Notes: generated by a model from the sequence alone, not told the origin. DNA of 64,000 nt from an uncultured delta proteobacterium (GCA_963713755.1 CAVQMW010000005.1:1064501-1128500); one strand, 5' to 3'. Positions 1 through 10,315 are shown, numbered from the stretch's first letter. Program-made: numbers and translations.

Positions 1-396
1 AAAATGGAGGCCAAACTGGCCCAGGCCATGCTCTCCATCCCGGCTACCAAGGGCTTTGAAATCGGGTCCGGGTTTGCGGGTACCCGCCTGCGGGGATCGG
101 TCCACAACGACCCCTTTATCCCCAAGGGCGAGGGGTTGGGCACCGCCAGCAACCGCAGCGGCGGGATCCAGGGCGGGATCACCAATGGCGAGCCGATTTT
201 GTTCCGGGTGGCCTTCAAACCGCCGGCCACCATCGGGTTACCCCAGGAAACCGTGGATTTTGATGGCCGCCCGGTCACCTTGCAGGCCGCCGGGCGCCAC
301 GATCCCTGCGTAGTGCCCCGAGCCGTGCCCATCGTGGAGGCCATGGCCGCCCTGGTGTTGATGGATGCTGCCCTGAGGCAGAAGATGCGAGGTTAA
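1..396 (+). CDS. aroC: chorismate synthase, C-terminal part (5' end lies outside the window)
   Basis: The frame is open from nt 1. The translation contains conserved chorismate synthase C-terminal blocks: [25 protein letters not shown], and [20 protein letters not shown]. Stop at 394-396. Confidence 0.9.
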   Translation, partial: KMEAKLAQAMLSIPATKGFEIGSGFAGTRLRGSVHNDPFIPKGEGLGTASNRSGGIQGGITNGEPILFRVAFKPPATIGLPQETVDFDGRPVTLQAAGRHDPCVVPRAVPIVEAMAALVLMDAALRQKMRG

Positions 397-428
397 CTCA
401 ACTGGATCGTTCAAAAAATCCCCCCCGG

Positions 429-965
429 CCCCCCTTTAAAAAAGGGGGGGGAACTATCGTGGTCCGCCGGGGATGAGTGCTCTAAGGGGACGCGGGGGGA
501 TGGGTGCTCCCCCCTTTGCAAAAGGGGGGGAACTATCGTGGTCCGCCGGGGATGAGTGCTCTAAGGGGACGCGGGGGGATGGGTGCTCCCCCCTTTGCAA
601 AAGGGGGGGAACTATTGTGGTCCGCGGGGGATGAGTGCTCTAAAGAGACGCCGGGGGATGGGTGCTCCCCCCTTTGCAAAAGGGGGGGAACTATTGTGGT
701 CCGCGGGGGATGAGTGCTCTAAGGGGACGCCGGGGGATGGGTGCTCCCCCCTTTGCAAAAGGGGGGGAACTATTGTGGTCCGCGGGGGATGAGTGCTCTA
801 AGGGGACGCCGGGGGATGGGTGCTCCCCCCTTTGCAAAAGGGGGGGGAACTATTGTGGTCCGCGGGGGATGAGTGCTCTAAAGGGACGCCGGGGGATGGG
901 TGCTCCCCCCTTTGCAAAAGGGAGGCCGGGGCATGGTTTCTCCCCCCTTTTTTAAAGGGGGGCCG
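429..965. repeat. 79-bp tandem repeat array: 6 full units, one partial unit, and a degenerate terminal palindrome
   Basis: The C-run that opens each unit starts at 429, 509, 588, 667, 746, 825 and 905. Each unit carries the palindrome CCCCCCTTTGCAAAAGGGGGG(G) and two copies of a CGSGGGGGATGRGTGCTC sub-motif. The period is not a multiple of 3. Confidence 0.95.
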
Positions 966-1081
966 GGGGGGATTTACCAAGCGGCTGAAACGCAACCGGC
1001 GTTGCAACATATTTGAATCCCTTCACGGATTGGCCTGAATAGCTCACCTAAAAAGCTAAAAAAGACCACCAAGGAGCTCAC

Positions 1082-1867
1082 TTGGCAACGGATTCTCCAT
1101 CCATCGGGGTGATCGGTTTCGGCCGTTTCGGCCAGTTGACGGTCCGCTATCTGGCATCCGATTTTGAGGTTCGGGTGGCCAGCCGCAGCGCCGGTCCCGA
1201 GGCGGTGGCCCGCTTGGGGGCCCGGAACGCAACCCTGGCCGAGGTGTGCCGTTGCGACATGGTGGTGCCCTGTGTGCCCATTTCCCGGCTGCAGGCGGTT
1301 CTGACCCAGATGAGCCCCCTGCTGGGGCCCGATACCCTGGTGGCCGATGTCTGTTCCGTCAAACACTACCCGGTGCAGTGGATGCAGGCCCTGCTCCCGG
1401 CCGAAACCGCCCTATTGGCCACCCATCCCATGTTCGGCCCGGACAGCGCGGCGCATACTCTCCAGGGTCACAAGATTGTGCTCTGTCCGGTGCGGCTGCC
1501 TGCAGCGCGCTATCAATGCATCACCGCTTACCTGGCGTCTCGGGGTCTTACGGTCTATGAAACCACCCCGGAAGAGCACGACCGCCAAATTGCGGTCAGC
1601 CTGGCCCTGACCCACTTCATCGGGCGCAGTTTGAAGGCCTTTGGGGCCCAGCCCCTGGATATCGACACCGAGGGCTATCAACGCCTGCTGCACATTCTGG
1701 GAGTAGTGGAAAACGATACCTGGCAGCTCTTCGAGGATATGAACCGCTACAATCCCTATGCCGCCCAACAGCGCGAAGGGTTTCGCCAGGCCCTGGCCGA
1801 GATCGAGGCGCGGTTGAAATCCCAATCCGCGGCACCCGACCCCCAATCCGCCACCCAGCCCAAATAA
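1082..1867 (+). CDS. tyrA: prephenate dehydrogenase
   Basis: 261-aa ORF with a TTG start. It has the N-terminal Rossmann motif IGVIGFGRFGQL and the blocks VADVCSVK and HPMFGP typical of prephenate/arogenate dehydrogenases. It lies next to aroC. Confidence 0.85.
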   Translation: MATDSPSIGVIGFGRFGQLTVRYLASDFEVRVASRSAGPEAVARLGARNATLAEVCRCDMVVPCVPISRLQAVLTQMSPLLGPDTLVADVCSVKHYPVQWMQALLPAETALLATHPMFGPDSAAHTLQGHKIVLCPVRLPAARYQCITAYLASRGLTVYETTPEEHDRQIAVSLALTHFIGRSLKAFGAQPLDIDTEGYQRLLHILGVVENDTWQLFEDMNRYNPYAAQQREGFRQALAEIEARLKSQSAAPDPQSATQPK

Positions 1868-2120
1868 CGGCGTTCAACTTGCAACCTGCCACACAGTGGC
1901 ATCCTGGCAATTGACACTTTCTGGCTGAATCTGGTAAGTAGGCTCTTCGCTTAAAGCTTATTCTTCGGATTTCGTACCCATTGGCAGGAACCTAAACCCC
2001 GCAGCCCATTGACACTGACCCCAGGCCCAAGCACGCGATTCCCTGTCGCGTTGAAATATTCCGCGAATTTTGAATTCCCAGTTTAAAATTCATTAACCCA
2101 TCTAACTTCCAGGAGAGAGC

Positions 2121-5100
2121 ATGAGTAACAACACAAGCGGTTCCGTAATGGTGGTCGGCGCCGGCATCGCCGGGATGCAGAGCGCATTGGATCTCGCCGA
2201 ATCGGGTTACTACGTCTATTTGGTGGAAAAGGAGCCGGCCATCGGCGGGCTCATGTCCCAGCTGGACAAAACGTTTCCTACCAACGACTGTGCCATGTGA
2301 GTGATCTCACCCAAACTGGTCGAGGTCGGCCGGCACCTGAACATCGAGCTTCTTACCAATACGGACCTTTTAGCCCTGGAGGGAGATCCGGGAAATTTCA
2401 GCGCCAAGATTCGCAAGAACCCGCGTTATGTCGATCTAGACAAGTGCACCAGCTGTGGGGATTGCGCCAAAGTATGCCCCATTGAACTGCCCGACGAATA
2501 CAACGAGCGCCTCAATACGCGCACGGCCATCTTCAAGCGTTATCAGCAGGCTATACCCGGCGGCTACGGCATCTCCAAACGCAGCGTAGCCCCCTGCCGG
2601 GCCACCTGCCCGGCCCATGTCAGCATCCAGGGCTACATCGCCCTGATCAATACCGGCAAATACGCCGAAGCCCTGAAGCTGTTCCGCGAAGACCACCCCT
2701 TTCCGGCGGTCTGCGGACGGGTCTGCCACCATCCCTGTGAAGAAAATTGCACTCGGGGTGATCTGGACGAGCCCATGGCCATTCGGGAACTGCACCGCTT
2801 CCTGGCCGATTATGAGCGGCAGCAGGGCGAGCCGGTGATTCCTCAAGTGGCCGAGGCCCGGGATGAGAAAGTCGCCATCATCGGCTCCGGTCCCGCCGGC
2901 TTGTCCACGGCCTATTTTCTGGCCCGGGACGGCTACCAAGTAACGGTATTTGAAAAACTGCCCGTGACCGGCGGCATGATGGCCGTGGGGATTCCCGAAT
3001 ACCGGCTGCCCAGGGACATCCTGAACCTGGAGATCAGTCTGATCGAAAAGATGGGCGTGACCATTAAGACCGGGGTCACTTTTGGTGAGGATATTACCCT
3101 GGAGAGCCTCAAGGCCGATGGATTTCAGGCTGTTTTTCTGGGTATCGGCCTGCACGGCGGCCGTCCCTTGGGCGTGGATAACGAAGATGCCGAGGGCGTG
3201 CTGCAGGGGGTGGATTTTCTGCGGGATACGGCCCTGGGTAAGGATGTGCCCATCGGCGAGGAGGTGATCGTCATCGGCGGCGGCAATGTGGCCATCGATG
3301 TGGCCCTCACCGCCAAGCGCAAGGGCGCCAAGGAGGTGACTCTGGTCTGCCTGGAGCGCCGCGAGGAGATGCCCGCTTGGGAACACGAGATCGAAGAGGC
3401 CCTGGAAGGCGACATCCGAATCGTCAACAGTTTCGGTCCCAAATCTTTTTTTATCGACAAGAGCAAGAAAGTTAGCGGTCTGGAGTTCAAGACCTGCACG
3501 GCGGTCTTTGACGACGACGGCCGTTTCAATCCCGCCTACGACGAGGCCCAGTGCGAGGCCATGTTCGGCGATACCGTGATCGTGGCCATCGGACAAAGTA
3601 CTCTTGCCGATTTTGCCGCTAAGGAGGGTATCGAGTTGTCCCCGCCGGGCGGCCTTAAGGCCGATCCGGTCACCCTGCAAACCAACCTGGAGGGGGTCTT
3701 TGCGGGTGGCGATGCCTATTACGGCCCCAAATCGGTGGTGGAAGCCACGGCCTGCGGCAAGGAAGCCGCCGAGAGCATCCGCCGCTATCTCAACGGCCAG
3801 GATCTGGCCGAGGACCGCAAAAAGGTTTACGAGCCCGAGAAACCGGACATCTCCAATGAGGTCAAAAAAGAGCGGGTCACGGTGCGTTGCCTCGATCCTG
3901 AGGCCCGGGAGTGCAACTTCCTGGAAGTCTCCTACGGCTACAACGAGCAAGAGGCCAAGACCGAGGCCGAGCGCTGCCTCAAGTGCGGAATCTGTTCCGA
4001 GTGCTACCAGTGCGTGGACGCCTGTCTGGCCAAAGCTGTGGACCACACCCAGGTGGCCGAAGAGCTGGAACTGCGGGTGGGCTCGGTGATTCTCTCCACC
4101 GGCAGCCAGCCCTACGACCCCACGGCCCTGGCGGAATTTTACCAGTACCGGGCAAATCCCAATGTACTCACCAGCCTGGAGTTCGAGCGTATTCTGAGCG
4201 CCTCGGGGCCCACCATGGGCCACCTGGTGCGACCCACGGATGAAAAGGAGCCCGAAAAAATCGCCTGGCTGCAGTGCGTGGGCTCCCGGGACACCAACAA
4301 ATGCGGCAACGGCTATTGCTCCTCGGTGTGCTGCATGTACGCCATCAAGGACGCCATGATCGCCAAGGAGCATGCCAAGAGTGATCTGGATGCGGCCATC
4401 TTTTACATGGACATCCGCACCTTCGGCAAGGATTACGAGAAATATTACCTGCGCGCCAAGGACAAAGAGGGGGTGCGCTTTGTCAAAGCCCGGGTGCACA
4501 CCATCACCCAGGCGCCGGAGAATGATGACCTGATCGTCAAGTACGCCGATGACGACGGAGTGATCCAGGAAGAGATCTTCAACATGGTGGTGATGTCCGT
4601 GGGACTTCAGGTGCCCCAAAGCGCCGGAGAACTGGCCGAACGGCTGGGCATCGAACTGGATCAGTACCGCTTCACCCAATCGGATATCTTCCATCCCGTG
4701 CAGACCTCCCGGCCGGGGGTTTACGCCTGCGGCGTCTTCCAGGGCCCCAAGGATATTCCCGAGTCGGTGACCCAAGCCAGTGCCGCCGCCGGAGTGGCCG
4801 GCGCGGTGTTGGCCGAGGCCCGCAACACGGACACCCGCAGCGTGGAACTGCCCGCCGAGCGGGATGTGATGAATGAAGATCTGCGGGTGGGGGTTTTTGT
4901 CTGCAACTGCGGGATCAACATCGGCGGCGTCGTGGATGTGCCCGCGGTGCGGGAGTATGCCGCCGGTCTGCCCCACGTGGTGATGGCCGATGAAAACCTC
5001 TTCACCTGCAGCCAGGATGCCCAGGACAAGATGAAAGAGGTGATCCAGGAGAACAACCTCAACCGGGTGGTAGTGGCCTCTTGCAGCCCCAAAACCCACG

Positions 5101-6545
5101 AGGCGATCTTCATGGACACCCTGGTGGGGGTGGGGCTCAACAAGTATCTCTTTGAGATGGCCAACATCCGCAACCAGGACTCCTGGGTCCACGCCAACGA
5201 TCCCGATGCGGCCACCGCAAAAGCCAAAGAGCTGGTGCGCATGGCCGTGGCCCGGGCCACCTCCCTGCGTCCCCTGAGCGAACGCACCATTCCGGTCAAC
5301 CACCGGGCCCTGGTGTTGGGCGGGGGCATTGCCGGGATGAATGCCGCCCTGACCATTGCCGCCCAGGGTTTTCCGGTCACCCTGGTGGAAAAAGAGGCCC
5401 TGCTGGGCGGCATGGCCCGGCGACTGCACCACACCATCGAAGGCGGCGATATCCGCGCTTACATGGATGAGCTCATCGCCAAGGTGAACGCCGAACCCAA
5501 GATCGATGTGCTGACCCACGCCCTGGTGGACGGGTTTTCCGGGTATCAGGGCAATTTCAGCACCGAGTTGCGGGTGGGGCCCGACGGCAAAGCGGAGACC
5601 GTCAAGCACGGCGCCATCGTGGTGACCACCGGGGCCAACGAATACAAGCCCAAGGAGTACCTCTACGGCGAGGACCCGCGGGTTCTGACCCAGGTGGAAC
5701 TTTCCGACCGCCTGGTCTCCCAGGGGGCGAAAGACCTCTCCACGGTGGTGATGATCCAGTGCGTGGGCTCGCGCAACGACGAAAATCCCAACTGTTCCCG
5801 GATCTGCTGCCAGAATGCGGTGAAAAACGCCCTGGCGCTCAAGAAAGAGAACCCCGAGACCCAGGTCTTTGTCCTCTACCGCGACATGCGCACCTACGGC
5901 CTCATGGAGAAGTATTACACCCAGGCCCGGGAGCAGGGGGTCATTTTCGTCCGCTTCGACAAGCAGCAGCCGCCCCGGGTCAGCGCCGCCGCGAGTGGCC
6001 TGCAGATCGAGGTGCAGGACCATGTCCTGAAACGGGACATCCAGATCGAAGCCGACCTGCTGGTGCTCAGCGCCGGGGTGGCGGCCGCGGATACGGCCAG
6101 TGTGGCCAAAATCATGAAACTCAACCGCAATCCCGAAGGCTTTTTCATCGAGGCCCACGTCAAGCTGCGGCCCGTGGACATGCCTTCGGACGGCATCTTC
6201 CTGGGCGGTACGGCCCACGGGCCCAAGCTGATCAGCGAGACCATCTCCCAGGCCCAGGCCGCGGCCTCCCGGGCGGTGACCTTCCTGTGCAAACCGGAGA
6301 TCAAGCTGTCGGCCATCACCGCCAAGCTGGACCCGGACCACTGTGTCAAATGCCTCACCTGTGTGCGCTCATGTCCTTTTGAGGTGCCGGTATTTGATCC
6401 GGAGACCCTGGAGGTGGTCATCGACGACGCCCTGTGCCAGGGCTGCGGGGTCTGCACTGCGGTCTGCCCGCGCCAGACCATCGGTCTGAGCAATTACGAG
6501 GATGATCAGATTTTGTGTAAAATCGATTGTCTGTTGGAGGGATAA
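2121..6545 (+). CDS. hdrA: HdrA-like FAD/FeS flavoprotein fusion (tandem HdrA modules with a GltD-like NAD(P)H module and a C-terminal 2x[4Fe-4S] ferredoxin), with selenocysteine at in-frame TGA 2298-2300
   Basis: ATG 2121 is preceded by AGGAGAGAG at 2111-2119. The 59-codon N-terminus ([21 protein letters not shown]) is in frame with TGA 2298-2300 and with the 1414-codon ORF 2301-6545. The junction reads [21 protein letters not shown], matching the HdrA FPTxDCxxC motif. Further GxGxxG sites are [12 protein letters not shown] and [14 protein letters not shown]. Several CxxCxxCxxxCP clusters are present. Confidence 0.85.
2301..2350 (+). promoter_or_regulatory. candidate SECIS region downstream of UGA
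   Basis: The GC-rich stretch GGUCGAGGUCGGCCGGCACCUGAAC starts about 18 nt after the UGA. It can pair AGGU/ACCU around a CGGCCGGC loop. The fold was not computed and is only inspected by eye. Confidence 0.35.
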
Positions 6546-6596
6546 AACTTAGTAAAAAGAGGCGTATTTAGCGCAGCCTTCAACGCAAACCCAAGT

Positions 6597-6629
6597 AAAA
6601 GGCCCCGACCCATCCATCGGGGCCTTTTT
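6597..6629. terminator. bidirectional rho-independent terminator between convergent genes
   Basis: AAAA, then GGCCCCGA (6601-6608), loop cccatcca, TCGGGGCC (6617-6624), then TTTTT (6625-6629). It sits between the hdrA-like stop (6545) and the SDR stop (6640). Confidence 0.7.
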
Positions 6630-6639
6630 GCGTTCAGGT

Positions 6640-7248
6640 TCAGCAGTTGTCATACATGCGGATGATGGTGCCGGTGGCCTTGCCCTCGACACTTTTGACG
6701 TAGCCGTTGACCACCTTGTGCATGGGGATGGGGTTGTGGCCTGGAAAATAGGCCTCATACTTATCCACGGCATCCGCCACCAACCCCGAGGATACCACAT
6801 TGATCCGAAGGCCGTTTTTCAGTTCGAAAGCGGCCGCCTTGACAAAGCTGTGAATACCGCCGTTGACCATGGCCGGGCTGGTGGTCAGCATCACCGGATC
6901 ATCGGCCAGGATTCCCGTGCTCAAGGTAAACGATCCGCCGGGGTTCACATAATCTTGTCCGATCCGGACCAGATTGACCTGCCCCATCAACTTGCTCTTC
7001 AACCCGATATAAAAATCCTCCTCACTCATGGCATCAAAGGCGGCCCACTTGGCTTCTCCAGCGATGCAGACCACTCCATCGACCTTGCCCACAGTTTCGA
7101 ACATGGCTTGGATGGAAGCGCTGTCGGCGATGTCCACGCGCACATCGCCGGAATTTCTGCCGCCGATGACGAGCTCATGCTTCTGGGCTAAATGGGCGCT
7201 GACCTTCTTTCCGATGGTACCGCTGCCGCCGATGATTATAATTTTCAT
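6640..7248 (-). CDS. short-chain dehydrogenase/reductase (about 200-aa SDR)
   Basis: N-terminal MKIIIIGGSGTIGKKV Rossmann motif, and an SDR-like core including INVVSSGLV. Confidence 0.75.
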   Translation of the reverse strand: MKIIIIGGSGTIGKKVSAHLAQKHELVIGGRNSGDVRVDIADSASIQAMFETVGKVDGVVCIAGEAKWAAFDAMSEEDFYIGLKSKLMGQVNLVRIGQDYVNPGGSFTLSTGILADDPVMLTTSPAMVNGGIHSFVKAAAFELKNGLRINVVSSGLVADAVDKYEAYFPGHNPIPMHKVVNGYVKSVEGKATGTIIRMYDNC

Positions 7249-8657
7249 TTCGGTTCCTCGTTGTCCTGTTTCTGTTTGAGATAACGGTCCAAAAGATCAC
7301 TCACCGGCACCGGCAGTTGTTTACGCCGCTGCTGCAGGCCGGGAACGACCTGCTGGTCGATCATTTCTGGAAGGGGCATCTGTCCCCAACCGATCACCCC
7401 CGCGTATTCACTGAGGTAGAGGGTCGGGGGGGCCGCCCCATCGGCGTGCAGCATGCGGCGGTAGCAATGGCGGGCCAAGGCTACCAGGGCCACCTGGTCC
7501 AGCACTGCATCGGGGACTTTGGCCGGGGGGGCGAACTGGGGGTAGTCCAGGTAATCGATGCTGCGCCAGACCATTTCGGGCAGATTCCAGGTTTTCAGCA
7601 ACAGCGCGCCCATTTGCGCCGGATCCATCTGGTCCACCAGCACCGCCAGCTTGGGGTTCTGCTGCCGGAGGAGTCCCAGCACCACCCGGCCGATATTACT
7701 GAGCAGGCCAATGGTGGCGGTTTCCGACGGTTTGGCCGCCTTAGCCCGCTGGGCAATGGTAAAGGCCAGCTGGGAGACGATCAGGGACTCCACGTACAGC
7801 CGCCGGAACTCGGGGGTATCGGGCATGGTCTTGCGCAGGCTTTCGCCCATGATCATCTGGTAAACCTCGGTAAAGCCCAGCAGCACCAAGGCGTGATTCA
7901 CATCGGAGATTTTTTGCTGAAAACTGTAGAACGAAGAGTTGATGGTTTTGAGAATCATGCCGGTGAGGGAGGGGTCGCTTTTAACCAGTTCGGCGGCCTC
8001 CGAGGCGGGCAGGTTCTCATCCATCAGTTTGGTGGCCAGGGTGGAGGCCGCGGCCGGCAGCCGGGGTATTTTGGTGATGATGTTCTGGACGATTTCGGAC
8101 TCGATAACTTCCGGATCGCGCTGCCCGCGGGCCAGGAACAACGCTTGGCGCAGTTGGCGGTTCTGTTTTTCGATTTGCTGGGAAATAACGCCCCGCTGGG
8201 TGGCCCGGGCCATGGCCTTGGCAACCATGATTTTATAGATGCCGGCGGTCAGCAGTGGATCGAGGGTCGCCAGGGCGCCTTCGCTCAAGGTCATCACCGT
8301 TGCCGACGCCTGAGCCACACAATGGGCCGTGCGGCGGCCCTCCCAGGCGTAGTCCTGGGGAAGCAGCCACTCTCCGGCCTGGGCCGAACCGGCACTGACG
8401 GTTTTATCCTGAAGGGAGCGATAGAGTCGCAAGCCGCCTTTTAAGACAATGTGCAGGGCGCTGTCGGCGCTGTTTTGGGCAAACAGAGGCTGGTCGGCGC
8501 TGAGGGTCTGGATGGGCGCTTCGCGATAAAGTATTTCGATCAGTTTGGGATCCAGTCCCGGAAACAAATTGGAAGGCTCCACGGCAGATGCGGATCTGCT
8601 CGGACTGCCATCACCTTGGGTTTTCGCCTCGCTTGGGTTCTGCTCCGCTTTGGCCAT
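7245..8657 (-). CDS. HDOD domain signalling protein with an N-terminal cNMP-binding-like region
   Basis: HDOD-type block LPRLPAAASTLATKLMDENLPASEAAELVKSDPSLTGMILKTINSSFYSF...ALVLLGF. The N-terminal assignment is tentative. ATGA overlap with the downstream SDR. Confidence 0.7.
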   Translation of the reverse strand: MAKAEQNPSEAKTQGDGSPSRSASAVEPSNLFPGLDPKLIEILYREAPIQTLSADQPLFAQNSADSALHIVLKGGLRLYRSLQDKTVSAGSAQAGEWLLPQDYAWEGRRTAHCVAQASATVMTLSEGALATLDPLLTAGIYKIMVAKAMARATQRGVISQQIEKQNRQLRQALFLARGQRDPEVIESEIVQNIITKIPRLPAAASTLATKLMDENLPASEAAELVKSDPSLTGMILKTINSSFYSFQQKISDVNHALVLLGFTEVYQMIMGESLRKTMPDTPEFRRLYVESLIVSQLAFTIAQRAKAAKPSETATIGLLSNIGRVVLGLLRQQNPKLAVLVDQMDPAQMGALLLKTWNLPEMVWRSIDYLDYPQFAPPAKVPDAVLDQVALVALARHCYRRMLHADGAAPPTLYLSEYAGVIGWGQMPLPEMIDQQVVPGLQQRRKQLPVPVSDLLDRYLKQKQDNEEPK

Positions 8658-8759
8658 GATTCGCTCCCCTCGTCTTTGCTGGATTGTCCGCTGGTCGCCT
8701 TGTTAACGCCTAAGATTATTGGGCTTTTTGATGGGCGTCAAGTCATGATTCCAATTGGC

Positions 8760-10307
8760 CTATTGAAACAGATTTCCCAAGGCGCTCTCCGGGGGGATAG
8801 AATTCAGCAGGCAGCCATAGAGCAGCAGCCCGGCGCAGAGCAGCTGCAGCCCCCGGAGACGGCGGCGGCTAAAGCGCCAGGGCGGCAGGAAAAAAGCGCT
8901 GCAGCAGCCCCCCAGGGTGAAAAAAGGGGTGAACAGATAGGCATTGCCGGGCTGCCAGGCGGGGATCAAGGTAATCAGATAGAGGTAGGCCAGCAGGGCC
9001 ACACACACGGCTTTCAGCCGTCGAGGACCCTTCACCAGGGCGTAGCCGATCGCGGGCAGGATGAACAGGACGCTCAAGGGACCGAACCAGGCGGCCGGCA
9101 GGGAGGCCGACCAATTGATTTCAAATTTGCTTTTCGCGCCTTTCATGCCGAGGGGGCCGGCTAAAATGCGCCCATGGAGCTGTTCCAGCACTGCTCGCGG
9201 GGACTCGCCGCCCAAGGCCAACCCAAGCTGTTCCACCGGCCGGGTGAAGTCCAGAGACTCCAAGCCATAGCGTCCCAGGTTGGCCAGGCTGCCCACCAGG
9301 CCGTCGGCATTGCGTTGCGCGCTCACCCAAGGCACGGCGTATCGGGCGGCGGGAAGCTGGGAAAACAGAATCATCACGGCCACGGCCACCGCCAGAAGAT
9401 AGGGCTGGGCTTTGAGGGCCGGCCAGAGGGTCCGGTAGTCGTGGCGGCGCAGGATTAGAACCAGGCAGAGGCCGCCCAGAACCACCGGCAGGGCCGGGGC
9501 CACTCCAGGGCCTCCCAGGCTGAAGGTTGTGGCGGAGGTCAGCACCACCACGTCCAGGGGGCTGGGGCGCTCCACTACGCGGTACAGCGCCAGCAGACTG
9601 ACAGCGGCGGCGGCGGCCTGGATCACTTCGGGGCGGCCCGAAGGCGCCAGGGCCACCAGGCGGGGCATGCTCATCACCACCAGGGTGACGGTAATGGCCG
9701 TGGGGGGCCAGGCATAGCGCCGCGCCAGGGCATAGGTAGCCAGGCCGGTTGCCAGATAGGCCCAGAAGCTGTGCAACCCGGCCCCCGCCGGCGTATCTAG
9801 GCGCAGATTCAGGAAAGTGAGCCACTGGGCATTGTCGGGACGCAACCCGGCCGCCGCCAGGGAATCCAGAGAGCGGCCCTGAATCAGATTATCCAGGAGT
9901 TGCGTCGAAAGCGCGGGCTCAGGGAGGACTTGGGCACCGAGGATGGCCTGGCCCCCCAGCCAGAGGCCGGCTGCCCCCAGACTCAAGGTTGCCAGGGGGT
10001 GGGTTCGGCCGAAGCCGAGCAGTTCCTGTCCCAATCGGCGTAAACGGAAGTCCTGGTGCCGGAGCATGGCCCCGGCGCCCAGTACCATGACAATCTCCAG
10101 CCCCCAAATCCAGCCCGGCACTCGGGCCATCAGCGCCAATTGGGACAGCCCCGAAAGCAGCATCAAGGGGATGAACAACCCATAGGCCGCGGCCTCGGCC
10201 AGGGTTTGGCCCCGTTGTCGAAAATGGGCATAGAGGGCCAGGGCCGGCACCCCGATCTCCACCAATCTCCATAACCCGGCGCCTATGTCAGATACCATCC
10301 ACTCCAT
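8760..10307 (-). CDS. polytopic integral membrane protein, function unknown
   Basis: 515-aa ORF dominated by hydrophobic helices with many predicted TM segments. No diagnostic motif was recognised. Confidence 0.65.
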   Translation of the reverse strand: MEWMVSDIGAGLWRLVEIGVPALALYAHFRQRGQTLAEAAAYGLFIPLMLLSGLSQLALMARVPGWIWGLEIVMVLGAGAMLRHQDFRLRRLGQELLGFGRTHPLATLSLGAAGLWLGGQAILGAQVLPEPALSTQLLDNLIQGRSLDSLAAAGLRPDNAQWLTFLNLRLDTPAGAGLHSFWAYLATGLATYALARRYAWPPTAITVTLVVMSMPRLVALAPSGRPEVIQAAAAAVSLLALYRVVERPSPLDVVVLTSATTFSLGGPGVAPALPVVLGGLCLVLILRRHDYRTLWPALKAQPYLLAVAVAVMILFSQLPAARYAVPWVSAQRNADGLVGSLANLGRYGLESLDFTRPVEQLGLALGGESPRAVLEQLHGRILAGPLGMKGAKSKFEINWSASLPAAWFGPLSVLFILPAIGYALVKGPRRLKAVCVALLAYLYLITLIPAWQPGNAYLFTPFFTLGGCCSAFFLPPWRFSRRRLRGLQLLCAGLLLYGCLLNSIPPESALGNLFQ

Positions 10308-10315
10308 TCATCGCT

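Noticed and set aside
460-900. GAGTGCTCTAA in each repeat unit resembles the right half of a CIRCE (HrcA) operator.
   Set aside because: There is no matching left half-site (TTAGCACTC) at a 9-nt spacing. The extra CT breaks the consensus, and no heat-shock gene is adjacent.
429-965. Possible CRISPR array, because of the regular spacing of a palindromic repeat.
   Set aside because: The entire 79-bp unit repeats, including the 'spacer' portion. There are no unique spacers and no cas genes nearby, so it is a tandem (minisatellite-like) repeat.
504-1038. ORF-track proteins 504-713, 583-792, 662-955 and 820-1038 (and 798-1010 on the minus strand) inside the repeat array.
   Set aside because: They are the same repeat read in rotating frames, since a 79-bp period is not divisible by 3. 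The sequences are low-complexity Gly/Pro-rich and there is no RBS, so they are artefacts of the repeat.
1868-2120. Promoter calls upstream of the hdrA-like gene: ATTGACACT occurs twice (about 1909 and about 2008), and there are several TGGCA strings resembling sigma54 -24 boxes.
   Set aside because: No acceptable -10 hexamer lies at 16-18 nt from either TTGACA. None of the TGGCA strings has a GC at the -12 spacing. This is too weak to report as a feature.
2436-6341. 1301-aa antisense ORF opposite the HdrA-like gene. Similar cases are 53769-55610(-), 56933-58471(-), 41910-43340(+), 32002-33060(-), 37733-38920(-) and 26334-27386(+).
   Set aside because: These are typical high-GC shadow ORFs. 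Their translations are Gly/Arg/Pro/His-rich with no recognisable motifs, while the opposite strand carries clear family signatures.
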